The notes under the pieces were generated by a model that did not search any database, was not told the DNA's origin, and was given only the letters and a program-made list of their open reading frames with translations. The position numbers and the translations under genes were made by a program. Below are positions 33,204 to 42,231 of a stretch of DNA of 64,000 nucleotides, piece by piece. This DNA comes from Candidatus Zixiibacteriota bacterium (lineage in GTDB: Bacteria; Zixibacteria; MSB-5A5; GN15; FEB-12), in NCBI GenBank assembly GCA_024280215.1, contig JAJRQO010000007.1, positions 35,371-99,370 of the forward strand. The letters run 5' to 3'. The first letter of the stretch is position 1; each line of letters opens with the position of its first letter.

Positions 33204-34480
33204 ACATTCTCTATCTTTCGCATTATTTCCCACCAGAAGTAAATGCACCAGCTATTCGTGTGTCTGAGATGGCATCACGATGGGCTGATCAAGGACATGA
33301 TGTAACTGTTTTAACAGGATTTCCGAACCACCCATCAGGTATTATTCCAGATGAGTTCAAAGGGATGAAACGGTTAGTTACAAAATTTAAAAAACTAAAA
33401 CTTATTCGTACTTATCAATATGCAGCACCCAACAAAGGCTTTGTGAAACGTATCATGAACTACCTATCGTTTATGTTTTCATCGGTTTTGTTAGGTTCAT
33501 CAAAAGTTGGCAAACCAGATATTATTATCGCAACTTCGCCACAGTTTTTTGTCGCTGTTGCGGGTTATGTTATAAGCCGTATTAAAAAATGTAAATATGT
33601 TTTTGAAATTCGTGATGTCTGGCCAGAAGAAATCGTTGCTGTTGGAGCAATCAAAAACCGATTCATCATTGGCTTTCTTGAAGCTATCGAAATGTTTCTA
33701 TATCGCAAAGCTGACTTATTGGTAGCAGTTGCCCAAGGAACTATTGACCTTTTAGAAGAACGAGGCATCCCGCGTGAAAAAATGGTACTCTATCCTAATG
33801 GTGTCAACATTGAACATTTTCAAAGTGGTTCTGATGGTACCGCTGTGCGTCGAATGCTTGAGATAGATGATAAGTTTGTTGTCAGCTATGTTGGTACCCA
33901 TGGTATGGCACACAAGTTAGAAAATCTTTTACAAGCGGCAAAAAATCTTGAATCTTACAAAGATATTCAATTTTTGTTTGTAGGAGATGGTGCCGAAAAG
34001 AAAAAATTAGTTCGCATGGCTTCTGATATGAAGCTCAAAAATGTTATTTTTCATAACCAAGTGTCTCATGATAAAATTGTTGAGTTCTACAAAGCTACAG
34101 ATATCTTTATGGTCCCACTTCGAAAAGCAAAACTTTTTACAAAAAATATTCCAAGTAAAATATATGAAATTATGGTTGTTAAAAGACCAATAATTATTTC
34201 GACTGAAGGAGAGTCACGTAAGTTAGTAGAAATTTCAGGAGCAGGATTGAGTTGTACTCCTGAAAATGTCGATGAAATGACTGAAAAAATTCTTTTCTTA
34301 TATGAAAATAAAGATTTAAGAACAAAAATGGGTATCGATGGCTCTAATTTTGCCATAGCAAATGCCTCCCGTATGCATATCGCCGACAACTATTTAGAAA
34401 CTCTCAAAAAAGTTGTTGATGATGTAACTTTTTACGAAGTACATCAAGAAGTAGAAGAAGATATCAAGGCTACCGCGTAA
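33188..34480 (+). CDS. Glycosyltransferase family 4 (WbuB-like)
   Basis: Begins LNILYLSHYFPPEVNAPAIRVSEMASRWADQGHDVTVLTGFPNHP. C-terminal GT1 domain contains FMVPL...IPSKIYEIM. Confidence 0.75.
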   Translation: MAKRLNILYLSHYFPPEVNAPAIRVSEMASRWADQGHDVTVLTGFPNHPSGIIPDEFKGMKRLVTKFKKLKLIRTYQYAAPNKGFVKRIMNYLSFMFSSVLLGSSKVGKPDIIIATSPQFFVAVAGYVISRIKKCKYVFEIRDVWPEEIVAVGAIKNRFIIGFLEAIEMFLYRKADLLVAVAQGTIDLLEERGIPREKMVLYPNGVNIEHFQSGSDGTAVRRMLEIDDKFVVSYVGTHGMAHKLENLLQAAKNLESYKDIQFLFVGDGAEKKKLVRMASDMKLKNVIFHNQVSHDKIVEFYKATDIFMVPLRKAKLFTKNIPSKIYEIMVVKRPIIISTEGESRKLVEISGAGLSCTPENVDEMTEKILFLYENKDLRTKMGIDGSNFAIANASRMHIADNYLETLKKVVDDVTFYEVHQEVEEDIKATA

Positions 34481-34509
34481 CTCCATTACTGGTAAGTCTT
34501 TTTTTCTGT

Positions 34510-34554
34510 AACCCGACTAAAGGCTCATTTAGTCGGGTTTCTTATTGCTTTTTT
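34510..34554 (+). terminator. Rho-independent terminator closing the polysaccharide locus
   Basis: Perfect 12-bp stem AACCCGACTAAA/TTTAGTCGGGTT (34510-34521 / 34528-34539) with a 6-nt loop and a T-rich tail. Confidence 0.7.
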
Positions 34555-34580
34555 ATGGCAAAGTTCTTTATATTTCATCT

Positions 34581-35057
34581 ATGAAATATTTTATAAGCAT
34601 TATCACATTCTTATTTATTATTGGATGTTCTGGGAGAGGTACCTCTATTACAAACCAAAAAATCGATATTGATGAACTTATCAAATCGCCTACGAACCTT
34701 CAAATTGATTCTAAAAACTTTTCAATATCCATTTATCTTTGGCGAGACTATATGCCGATCTCACCTCCATTAGGACATCCGATGCGTGCCAGTATTGATA
34801 TTATTGCCTCTGATTCATTATTATTTCCAAAAAATATTGAAGCCGATAAAATGTGGGTTTTTGATTCTTTGGAAATATGGGAATCAGTTTTATTAAAAGA
34901 TACTCCTCCCGAAGACTATATCCTTTCTAAAAGAGCATCGGGTGGACCACTATGGGAAACTGGTATTTTTGTAGATGTCGTCGTGAGGTTAGTGCAGGAT
35001 GACTCGATTTATCATTATCTCAAAGCTGAAAATATTGAAATTCATCGGACTGACTAA
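34581..35057 (+). CDS. Hypothetical lipoprotein
   Basis: MKYFISIITFLFIIGCSG carries a lipobox. I recognise no family. Confidence 0.4.
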   Translation: MKYFISIITFLFIIGCSGRGTSITNQKIDIDELIKSPTNLQIDSKNFSISIYLWRDYMPISPPLGHPMRASIDIIASDSLLFPKNIEADKMWVFDSLEIWESVLLKDTPPEDYILSKRASGGPLWETGIFVDVVVRLVQDDSIYHYLKAENIEIHRTD

Positions 35058-35084
35058 AAAAGAGATTAGTTAGAGGAGGAAAAA

Positions 35085-35966
35085 ATGTTACACAACTTTC
35101 AAGAATTATTTATCTCTCCAATTACCAAAAATAAATTGCATTACAACGGTACTCATGCAAATGAAAAATGGCTGAATGGTTTTATTAGGGAATTAGATGA
35201 AGCTATTGAGTATAAAGTTGTAAACGGTATTCCTTGTTTTGTTGATTCAAAAGATGACCCTTGGTCAGATTACGATAAACTTGAAGAACAGCTTGGGATG
35301 TCACCTGACGGAATGATTGAAAAAAATTGGTTAGGTATGGTTCAAAACGATTCTTTTGTAAAAAAGGCTCAACGACTCATTTCAATATCAGCCGAACAAG
35401 AAGGATTGATTTTAGAAATTGGTTGCGGTCCTTCTGGTGGTTTGACTCCCTTAGTTCTAAATAAAAATTCTAACTCAAAAATTCTACTAAACGACTATGG
35501 TTTTTGGATTCTTTCTGAAACACAAAATTTTATTGAAAAAACAAACAAATGGAAGAATATCAGCTACGCTCAATTTGATGCTTCAAAAATGCCTCTTTGT
35601 GATACTTCTTTTGATCTTATCCAAAGTCTTGGAGGTTTTTCCAATATGAAAAACAGCCATCAGGTGCTTGATGAATGTTACCGTATTTTAAAACCAAAGG
35701 GAAAACTTTGTTTTATTGATGCTGTTGCTAATAAGAATCAATTAGAAAGTCTACCTGAAGATATTTTACAAAGAGCGTTTTCAGATATGCCGTTTCTCGA
35801 ATTTGGATTTAAAAAATTGCTAAATTTACACCAGTTCAAAAATATTCAGATTGAAATAATAGAGAAGCGACAACTACAAAAAGATGAAAGTAGCTTAGCT
35901 GCAGAAGCGTCTAAGTATAATGTTGAAATAGACATTGAATTATCTTCTATCATAGCCGAAAAATAA
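35085..35966 (+). CDS. Class I SAM-dependent methyltransferase with Trm112-like N-terminal segment
   Basis: Contains LILEIGCGPSGGL (motif I) and ILKPKGKLCFID (post-II/III). The N-terminal VVNGIPCF motif is present. Confidence 0.65.
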   Translation: MLHNFQELFISPITKNKLHYNGTHANEKWLNGFIRELDEAIEYKVVNGIPCFVDSKDDPWSDYDKLEEQLGMSPDGMIEKNWLGMVQNDSFVKKAQRLISISAEQEGLILEIGCGPSGGLTPLVLNKNSNSKILLNDYGFWILSETQNFIEKTNKWKNISYAQFDASKMPLCDTSFDLIQSLGGFSNMKNSHQVLDECYRILKPKGKLCFIDAVANKNQLESLPEDILQRAFSDMPFLEFGFKKLLNLHQFKNIQIEIIEKRQLQKDESSLAAEASKYNVEIDIELSSIIAEK

Positions 35967-35968
35967 CC

Positions 35969-36307
35969 CTATCGTCGTTCTTTTATAACCACCACCAAAC
36001 ACACTCCAGCAAAAGCTGCCATTGATCCAAAGATAATATAAGTTCCTACAGTTGGATTAGGATGTGCCGCGACACCAAAAAGAGTCATGTACGAATACAT
36101 TAGAAAGTTTAAGCAAATCCATGTCAGAACTACATAATACCAAAATGATTTTTTTGTATAATAGAAATATGAAAGTGCCGTTGTTACCAAGGCAATCGAA
36201 CCATTTAAGTAAAGCGGCATTGTCGCCGATGTTCGCAAGAAACCCGCAATACCCATAAGCATGACAAACCCTGCAAAACAGTAAAGTATTTTTATTTTAT
36301 CATTCAT
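35969..36307 (-). CDS. Small 4-TM membrane protein, unknown function
   Basis: 112 aa with four hydrophobic segments. Confidence 0.4.
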   Translation of the reverse strand: MNDKIKILYCFAGFVMLMGIAGFLRTSATMPLYLNGSIALVTTALSYFYYTKKSFWYYVVLTWICLNFLMYSYMTLFGVAAHPNPTVGTYIIFGSMAAFAGVCLVVVIKERR

Positions 36308-36348
36308 GATTTAATTCTCTCTTTATATAAATTCTTTTTAGTTAAGCA

Positions 36349-36375
36349 GTGCATGGCAGACTCCCTCGTCTGCCA
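36349..36375 (+). repeat. GC-rich hairpin repeat GTGCA-TGGCAGAC-TCCCTC-GTCTGCCA (family member)
   Basis: 8-bp stem and 6-nt loop. It has the same 5' flank, stem core and orientation as the copy at 55408-55434. The closing pair is swapped T-A versus A-T. Confidence 0.55.
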
Positions 36376-36379
36376 ATTA

Positions 36380-37051
36380 TTATATCGGATCATTCGTTAT
36401 TAACCCAAAAACATTTTGAATTATTAATTTCTTTTTAGTCTTTTCATTATCAACTGTCCAGACAATAATTGGCTTACTAAGTTTTACAAGTTTTTTTAGA
36501 TAACCAATTTTACAAAGAGAAATATGAGGAAGCAGATATTCAACATTTTCAGGAATAGTTTTTAACAAAATTGGTTTATGAAAAGGATACCCCGTATGTA
36601 GATTGTTATCTATCATATAAATTGCTTCAACTGTATTTTTATCAAATGATGTAAACAGTAAATTTTCTTTCTCATAATAATTTATTGCCATCTTTACGAC
36701 AAGCTCTTCATACCCCGATTCTTTCAACTCAATATCTAAAGAAATTTTATCTTGGCAAAATTTCAACGTTTCTTTAAGCGTAGGAATTTGATATTCAGAT
36801 TGTTTATTGAATCTTTTTATATCAGAAAAAGTCATTTCAGCAATTGTCTGTTTCTGGCTTTTCAAACAAACATCATGATGTACTACCAGCACATTATCTT
36901 TTGTCTTGCGAACATCAAGTTCAATACCATCAGCTCCCAACTCTATAGCTTTTTGAAATGCAGCGATTGTATTTTCATGCTCGTACGCCGATGCACCCCG
37001 ATGAGCGATTGTATATGTCTTATGAGATTTTTGAGCTTTAAATGATAACAT
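36380..37051 (-). CDS. Glycerophosphodiester phosphodiesterase
   Basis: Contains IAHRGAS..ENT..AF..A..GADGIELDVRKTKDNVLVVHHD, the GDPD catalytic signature. Confidence 0.8.
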   Translation of the reverse strand: MLSFKAQKSHKTYTIAHRGASAYEHENTIAAFQKAIELGADGIELDVRKTKDNVLVVHHDVCLKSQKQTIAEMTFSDIKRFNKQSEYQIPTLKETLKFCQDKISLDIELKESGYEELVVKMAINYYEKENLLFTSFDKNTVEAIYMIDNNLHTGYPFHKPILLKTIPENVEYLLPHISLCKIGYLKKLVKLSKPIIVWTVDNEKTKKKLIIQNVFGLITNDPI

Positions 37052-37052
37052 C

Positions 37053-37607
37053 TTACTGCCAATACTTTAATTTAATTTTTTTAAACACGAACACAATTAC
37101 CAATGCAGAAATAGTTCCAATCAATGCTCCTATTAATATATCAGAAAAATAATGCACTCCCACAAAAACTCTACTGAGAGCAATCAATGATGCGTAGACA
37201 AAAAGGTAAACTCGTGCTTGTTTGTAAAAACAGGAGAAGAAAACCGCCTGTCCAAATGCATTGGCAGCGTGAGCCGATGGCATCGATTTCCCTCCACCAC
37301 AACCAACTAATAGATTGATAGTATCAACATCAAATGTATGACAGGGGCGAAGTCGTCCTATCCAGTTCTTCAGAAACCCCGCAGAGATTTGATCGGAAAG
37401 CACCATCACAACAATCGAACCAAGCACCATCCACCTCAGGGTTTTATCACCTTTCCACAAGAGAAGAATCATCGCCAAACCATAAATAGCACGTAAGCCT
37501 TTATCATTTGTAATTAGCGGCATCAGAAAATCTGTCACAATATTAGCAAGGGTCACATTGAGAAAGAAAAAAAGTTCACTGTCAATTTGTTGTAATGTCT
37601 CAAGCAT
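37053..37607 (-). CDS. PAP2-family phosphatase (membrane)
   Basis: Contains the three PAP2 motifs: KNWIGRLRP, MPSAHA and SRVFVGVHYFSD. Confidence 0.8.
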   Translation of the reverse strand: MLETLQQIDSELFFFLNVTLANIVTDFLMPLITNDKGLRAIYGLAMILLLWKGDKTLRWMVLGSIVVMVLSDQISAGFLKNWIGRLRPCHTFDVDTINLLVGCGGGKSMPSAHAANAFGQAVFFSCFYKQARVYLFVYASLIALSRVFVGVHYFSDILIGALIGTISALVIVFVFKKIKLKYWQ

Positions 37608-38579
37608 TTAGTAAGTTCTCTTTTTTGATTTAATAAATGACAACAATTCTTTTCTATTCGGTATACCAGATCTTGCTCCAGCTTTTTGACATTTCAAGGC
37701 CGCCGCCGATGAGCCATGTATCATTCGTTCCGCAAGCGGTTTACCTTGTAACAAAGCATATAGATAACCAGTATGATAACAATCACCCGCACCAGTTGTA
37801 TCAATATTTTTTACTTTGAACGCTTTTTGTTTTACAAACTGCGATGAACCAAATTCTTTTCCTGTTGAGCCTTTAATTCCTTCTGTGATGACAATAGTTC
37901 CTTGGCAGAATTTAGAAAGTTTCTCAATAGCGTGTATTATGTTTTTTGTCTTTGTAAATGGAAAGGCGAACTCATCGGCAACAACTAAATGGTCAACATA
38001 CGGAAACACTTCACTCACATCATTACGCACCGAACCAATATCAAATGAAACAACAATATTTTTCCGTTTTGCCCAACGTGCCAACTTCAACGTCGCAGGC
38101 ATATCACGTCCATCCAAATGAAGAATCTTCGGAATAGGTAGCTCTGCAAGTTTGATGTCAGATGGCGTAACCGTAATCTCCCTTGAGAGAACCATCGTAC
38201 GGCTTCCAGATTTTTCTATCCACCCTGTTGCCAGTGCAGTTGGTTTGTCCTTTTGTATAATATAACTTGTATCAACTTTTTCTTTTTGCAGTTCTTTGAC
38301 AATCACTTTACCAAAGGGGTCATTACCAACAGGAGCAATAATAGCTGATTTTAGTCCAAGGCGAGAAAACCCAACCACAACATTAGGAACAGGTCCGCCA
38401 CCCTGCATTAACAATGATTCAGCATCAATTTTAATCCCAACAGAAGGATACTTCTTCACTGTATAAAGTAAATCAAATGGAATTATACCCATCCCTAATA
38501 AATCAATCTGCTTAGGCAGATTAACTTGTCTAAAGTTTTCCAATTTCTGCCTTACCTCCAGAAAGTTCAACAATCTCAC
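37608..38579 (-). CDS. PfkB-family carbohydrate kinase
   Basis: N-terminal IDLLGMGIIPFD and C-terminal DTTGAGDCYHTGYLYAL (PfkB signature 2). The ORF-track start is a GTG overlapping yigZ by 50 nt, so the true start may be internal. Confidence 0.75.
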   Translation of the reverse strand: MRLLNFLEVRQKLENFRQVNLPKQIDLLGMGIIPFDLLYTVKKYPSVGIKIDAESLLMQGGGPVPNVVVGFSRLGLKSAIIAPVGNDPFGKVIVKELQKEKVDTSYIIQKDKPTALATGWIEKSGSRTMVLSREITVTPSDIKLAELPIPKILHLDGRDMPATLKLARWAKRKNIVVSFDIGSVRNDVSEVFPYVDHLVVADEFAFPFTKTKNIIHAIEKLSKFCQGTIVITEGIKGSTGKEFGSSQFVKQKAFKVKNIDTTGAGDCYHTGYLYALLQGKPLAERMIHGSSAAALKCQKAGARSGIPNRKELLSFIKSKKRTY

Positions 38580-39138
38580 TTGTGAGTTTGTCTACCAGTA
38601 AGTTTCGTATTTCAATTTTAATCTCTACAAAATCAGAAAATTGAGCATCAATTTGTGCTGCTCCAATTTTTGACATAACTTGTAACAATTTATTGTATAA
38701 TGGAAATGCTAATTTGACTTCTAATATTGTCGTCTGATAAATTTTTTGTACTTTAGCTTTTTCTAATACAGCTTTTGTTGTATTACCATAAGCACGAACC
38801 AATCCACCTGTACCAAGTTTTGTTCCGCCGAAATATCGTGTAACGATTACTAAGACATTCGTCAGTTCATGACCATGTATGACATCGTACATCGGTTTAC
38901 CAGCCGTGCCACTTGGTTCGCCATCATCAGAATATTTAAATTGCTCGTCATGATCACTCCCAATGATATAGGCATAGCAATTATGATTGGCGTTATATTC
39001 TTTTTTTCTGATAGCTTTTAGTTTTTCATTAACATCATCAAGCGAAAAAACTTTATACGTTCTTCCAATAAAACGTGACGCTTTGACTTTTATCTCACAC
39101 TCTGCTTCACAAGCAATTGTACAATAAAAATCATTCAT
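38530..39138 (-). CDS. YigZ/IMPACT-family protein (UPF0029)
   Basis: Contains NANHNCYAYIIG....YSDDGEPSGTAGKPM, which is diagnostic of the family. Confidence 0.75.
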   Translation of the reverse strand: MNDFYCTIACEAECEIKVKASRFIGRTYKVFSLDDVNEKLKAIRKKEYNANHNCYAYIIGSDHDEQFKYSDDGEPSGTAGKPMYDVIHGHELTNVLVIVTRYFGGTKLGTGGLVRAYGNTTKAVLEKAKVQKIYQTTILEVKLAFPLYNKLLQVMSKIGAAQIDAQFSDFVEIKIEIRNLLVDKLTSEIVELSGGKAEIGKL

Positions 39139-39142
39139 AATT

Positions 39143-40045
39143 TTACACCAATGATTTTATAATGTCATCTAACTTATCTAAACCAACAAGAGGAACCGCA
39201 CCACACTTAACCGCATAGTTCAGCGACTCAGTATCAACTAATGTATATTGAGGGTCAACAAGGATAAAAACCATTTTACCAATTTGTGAACAACAATCTA
39301 AAATATCATACACGAATAAATCATCTTTATAAAATTCAGTCAAAATCACTGCCTGTGAAATTGCGACTAATAACCTATTTGCTGTTTGTTGATTCTCAAA
39401 TTTATACTCTACATCCTCAGTATATTCGGTCAGAAGCCCACCATTTTCGACAATATCAATTGCAATTGGTCGATTCTCTTCAGGATATATATGTTCAAGT
39501 CCCGATTCTAATATAGTAAACGTTTTTCCTTTCGATGCTTTGGCACCTAAGTGGGTTGCAATATTGACACCAGTATGTAACCCCGATAAAATCTGTATTT
39601 TTGCTTCAGCGAGTTTTTTACTTATCGATGTTGTCAGTTCGATACCTTCGTTCGATGCTATCTTACTACCTATGACAGAAACTATTTTATCATCAATGAC
39701 GGGCATGCTACCTCGATAAAAAAGCAAAGATGGTGGATTATGCAATTCAAATAAACTATGAGGGTAATTTGGGTCAAATCGTGTGATAACTTGTATTTTT
39801 TTATCGCAAAGAAGTTTATAGTATGTTTTTGCGTCATCTAAAAAATCAGATGACTGGGAAATTTTGTTAGCAGCATCAGTGGTCATTCCTTCAATTGCCA
39901 TCAACGTACCAGCATCACTTGCGATAATCATTTCAATTGTACCAAAATGTCTCAGTAATGCTTCCATCATGCGAGGTTCAACTTCACAAAAACGTACCAG
40001 TGCTAAAAGAGAAATAACTGTTTCTTCAGTTTTTAATTTATTCAT
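39143..40045 (-). CDS. dprA: DNA-processing protein DprA/Smf family
   Basis: 300 aa with an N-terminal HhH-like segment and a Rossmann-like core: VSVIGSKIAS...ILSGLHTGVNIATHLGA. The usual GID is replaced by GVN. Confidence 0.6.
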   Translation of the reverse strand: MNKLKTEETVISLLALVRFCEVEPRMMEALLRHFGTIEMIIASDAGTLMAIEGMTTDAANKISQSSDFLDDAKTYYKLLCDKKIQVITRFDPNYPHSLFELHNPPSLLFYRGSMPVIDDKIVSVIGSKIASNEGIELTTSISKKLAEAKIQILSGLHTGVNIATHLGAKASKGKTFTILESGLEHIYPEENRPIAIDIVENGGLLTEYTEDVEYKFENQQTANRLLVAISQAVILTEFYKDDLFVYDILDCCSQIGKMVFILVDPQYTLVDTESLNYAVKCGAVPLVGLDKLDDIIKSLV

Positions 40046-40093
40046 GATTACAATGTAGTCCTTTACGATAATTTGTCAACAAACGATAGGTAG

Positions 40094-40996
40094 CTATGAG
40101 CTAAATGTCACCAATATTGCTCCCGCCACAGCGAGGAAAACACCAATAACTTTCTTAAGAGACATTTTCTCTTTAAGAATTAAATAAGCAAAAATAAATA
40201 TAAAAATTGAGCTTGTCTGGTTGAGTGCAGCCGCAGTTGAAGCCTGTGTATATTTCATCCCACCAAGCCAAAGAATCATCGCAACATAAGCACCTAAAAA
40301 TGAACCCATAACCGTACTCCAGCGCATACCATTTTCAAACAATGTTTTGATAATTGCAACTCTCTTTTTGTTGAAGCCTAAAAGGAAAATTAAAACAACA
40401 ACGCCGCTTAACAACCGCACCGTTGTGACCCATATTAGTGGCTCATGTTCCAAAACAGGCTTTACAATTACCACCCCAAAACCAGTCAGAAACATAGCGA
40501 TGACACCGTATGACAACCCCTTAACAATTCGTTTTTTATCGGTTGGTTTTCCGTCTGATTGATGTGTCGCAGTCAACACCGCTGAAAGAATTATCATAAC
40601 TCCGACCATCTGCCAAATTGTAAGCGATTCCCCTAAGAGTAAAAATGAAAAACCAATCACAAAAGGTGAATACAAACAGTCAACAATCGCAGTCAGACCC
40701 GCACCAAGATAATTTAGGCATTTGAAAAAAAATGTATCGGCAATCCCAATTCCTATAGCTCCACTTAAAAATATCAACAGATAATCATTGGAGGACAAAT
40801 TTCTGATTTCTAACTGATTGATAAAAAAGAGGGTGGGGATCAATAGTCCCACACCAAGCACATTTTTGAAAAGATTGAGCCCGATTGGATGAACTGTCTC
40901 GCCACTTTTTTTGAATAATACAACCGCCATCGCCCAAAATATAGCAGTAGTAATTGCCATTATTTGACCAATATATGGAATAGTTTCTATGTTCAT
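40094..40996 (-). CDS. EamA/DMT-family transporter
   Basis: 300 aa with 10 TM helices arranged as two EamA repeats. Confidence 0.75.
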   Translation of the reverse strand: MNIETIPYIGQIMAITTAIFWAMAVVLFKKSGETVHPIGLNLFKNVLGVGLLIPTLFFINQLEIRNLSSNDYLLIFLSGAIGIGIADTFFFKCLNYLGAGLTAIVDCLYSPFVIGFSFLLLGESLTIWQMVGVMIILSAVLTATHQSDGKPTDKKRIVKGLSYGVIAMFLTGFGVVIVKPVLEHEPLIWVTTVRLLSGVVVLIFLLGFNKKRVAIIKTLFENGMRWSTVMGSFLGAYVAMILWLGGMKYTQASTAAALNQTSSIFIFIFAYLILKEKMSLKKVIGVFLAVAGAILVTFSS

Positions 40997-41160
40997 CTGT
41001 GCTGCTTTCTCATAGAGTACTAAAGTATCGATTACTCATAGGAAAGCAAGTTAGTTCTGAGGAAATACGTATATTGTGTAAATGGTGTACATATTATCTC
41101 ATTGTACAAATTCATAATTTGTATTATATTTTAATTTCATAAAAAGAAGCAAAGGATCGT

Positions 41161-41997
41161 ATGAAAAAAAATCTATTATTATTTGTTATTATTATTTTGA
41201 CTTTGGGTTGCAGTCAAGAACCTCAGACCTTAGAAGAACTCAGAGCAGCAGGTCAAAACGCATTTATTGATGGAGACTATGCTCTCGCTAAAACTCATTT
41301 ACAAAAAGCACTTCATATTAAAGCATCCGACAGAGATGTACTCTATTATATTGGACAGACATTTCAAAAACTTCAGCAAGACGACTCCGCTGTGTACTAT
41401 TTTAAACGAGCAGATATTTTACATCCTAACGACAGAGAACTCAATCTTGCGATATATCAATCAGCAAAAAAAATCAACGATTATCAGAGTACCATAGAAG
41501 CAATCGGGGCACTTATTCATACTGGTGACAATGCTCAAAATTATTATTATGAACTTGCCGACCTCAATTTAAGACATGGAAACATTTTCGTCTCTTTCCT
41601 TTATATGAGAAAATTATATGATCTCAAAAAAGAAGACCCAATCATTTATCTTGGACTTGGCAATCTTGCTATTCAGGTTGATTCGGTTGATTTTGGGATT
41701 TCTCTTATGCAAGAAGCGATTGATAAATTTGGGGAAAAAGAAGAATTTGTCACAAACCTCGCAATATATATGGCAGGGGTCCAACGGTTAGATGAAGCCG
41801 AATCTGTACTCAAAAAATACCTACGCAAACATCCAAATTCTCAACCGCTTTTATTAAATTTAGCAAATATTTTATCTCTCAATGATGATAAAAAGAAAAA
41901 AGAAGAAGCCCTCCAAATGTATAAAAATATACGTCAGGAAAGTGGAAATATTTTCAATATCGACTCTGTAATAACAGCACTTCAAAAAGAACTCTAA
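41161..41997 (+). CDS. TPR-repeat lipoprotein
   Basis: Lipobox LTLGCS followed by TPR-like repeats. Confidence 0.6.
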   Translation: MKKNLLLFVIIILTLGCSQEPQTLEELRAAGQNAFIDGDYALAKTHLQKALHIKASDRDVLYYIGQTFQKLQQDDSAVYYFKRADILHPNDRELNLAIYQSAKKINDYQSTIEAIGALIHTGDNAQNYYYELADLNLRHGNIFVSFLYMRKLYDLKKEDPIIYLGLGNLAIQVDSVDFGISLMQEAIDKFGEKEEFVTNLAIYMAGVQRLDEAESVLKKYLRKHPNSQPLLLNLANILSLNDDKKKKEEALQMYKNIRQESGNIFNIDSVITALQKEL

Positions 41998-42021
41998 TGT
42001 AATTTATAATATTTTTAAGAG

Positions 42022-42073
42022 GGGCAGGATCATAACAATCCTGCCCAACGCAGGGCTGTCTCGGAAGAGACAG
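42022..42073. terminator. Two GC-rich hairpins between convergent genes
   Basis: GGGCAGGAT-CATAACA-ATCCTGCCC lies at 42022-42046 and CTGTCTC-GGAA-GAGACAG at 42056-42073. Neither has a clean T-tract. Confidence 0.45.
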
Positions 42074-42231
42074 AGGGGGGTTATTTATTACTTCTATATG
42101 TTAAACATATCTGGACGGTCTTTTGTTCAATTAATTTCAAAAATCGCATTTATTACGAATGATATTATGACCCCATCATACTAATGACGGGGCCTGTGTG
42201 TGAGTAAAAATGAGTTGCGAATGCATCTGTT

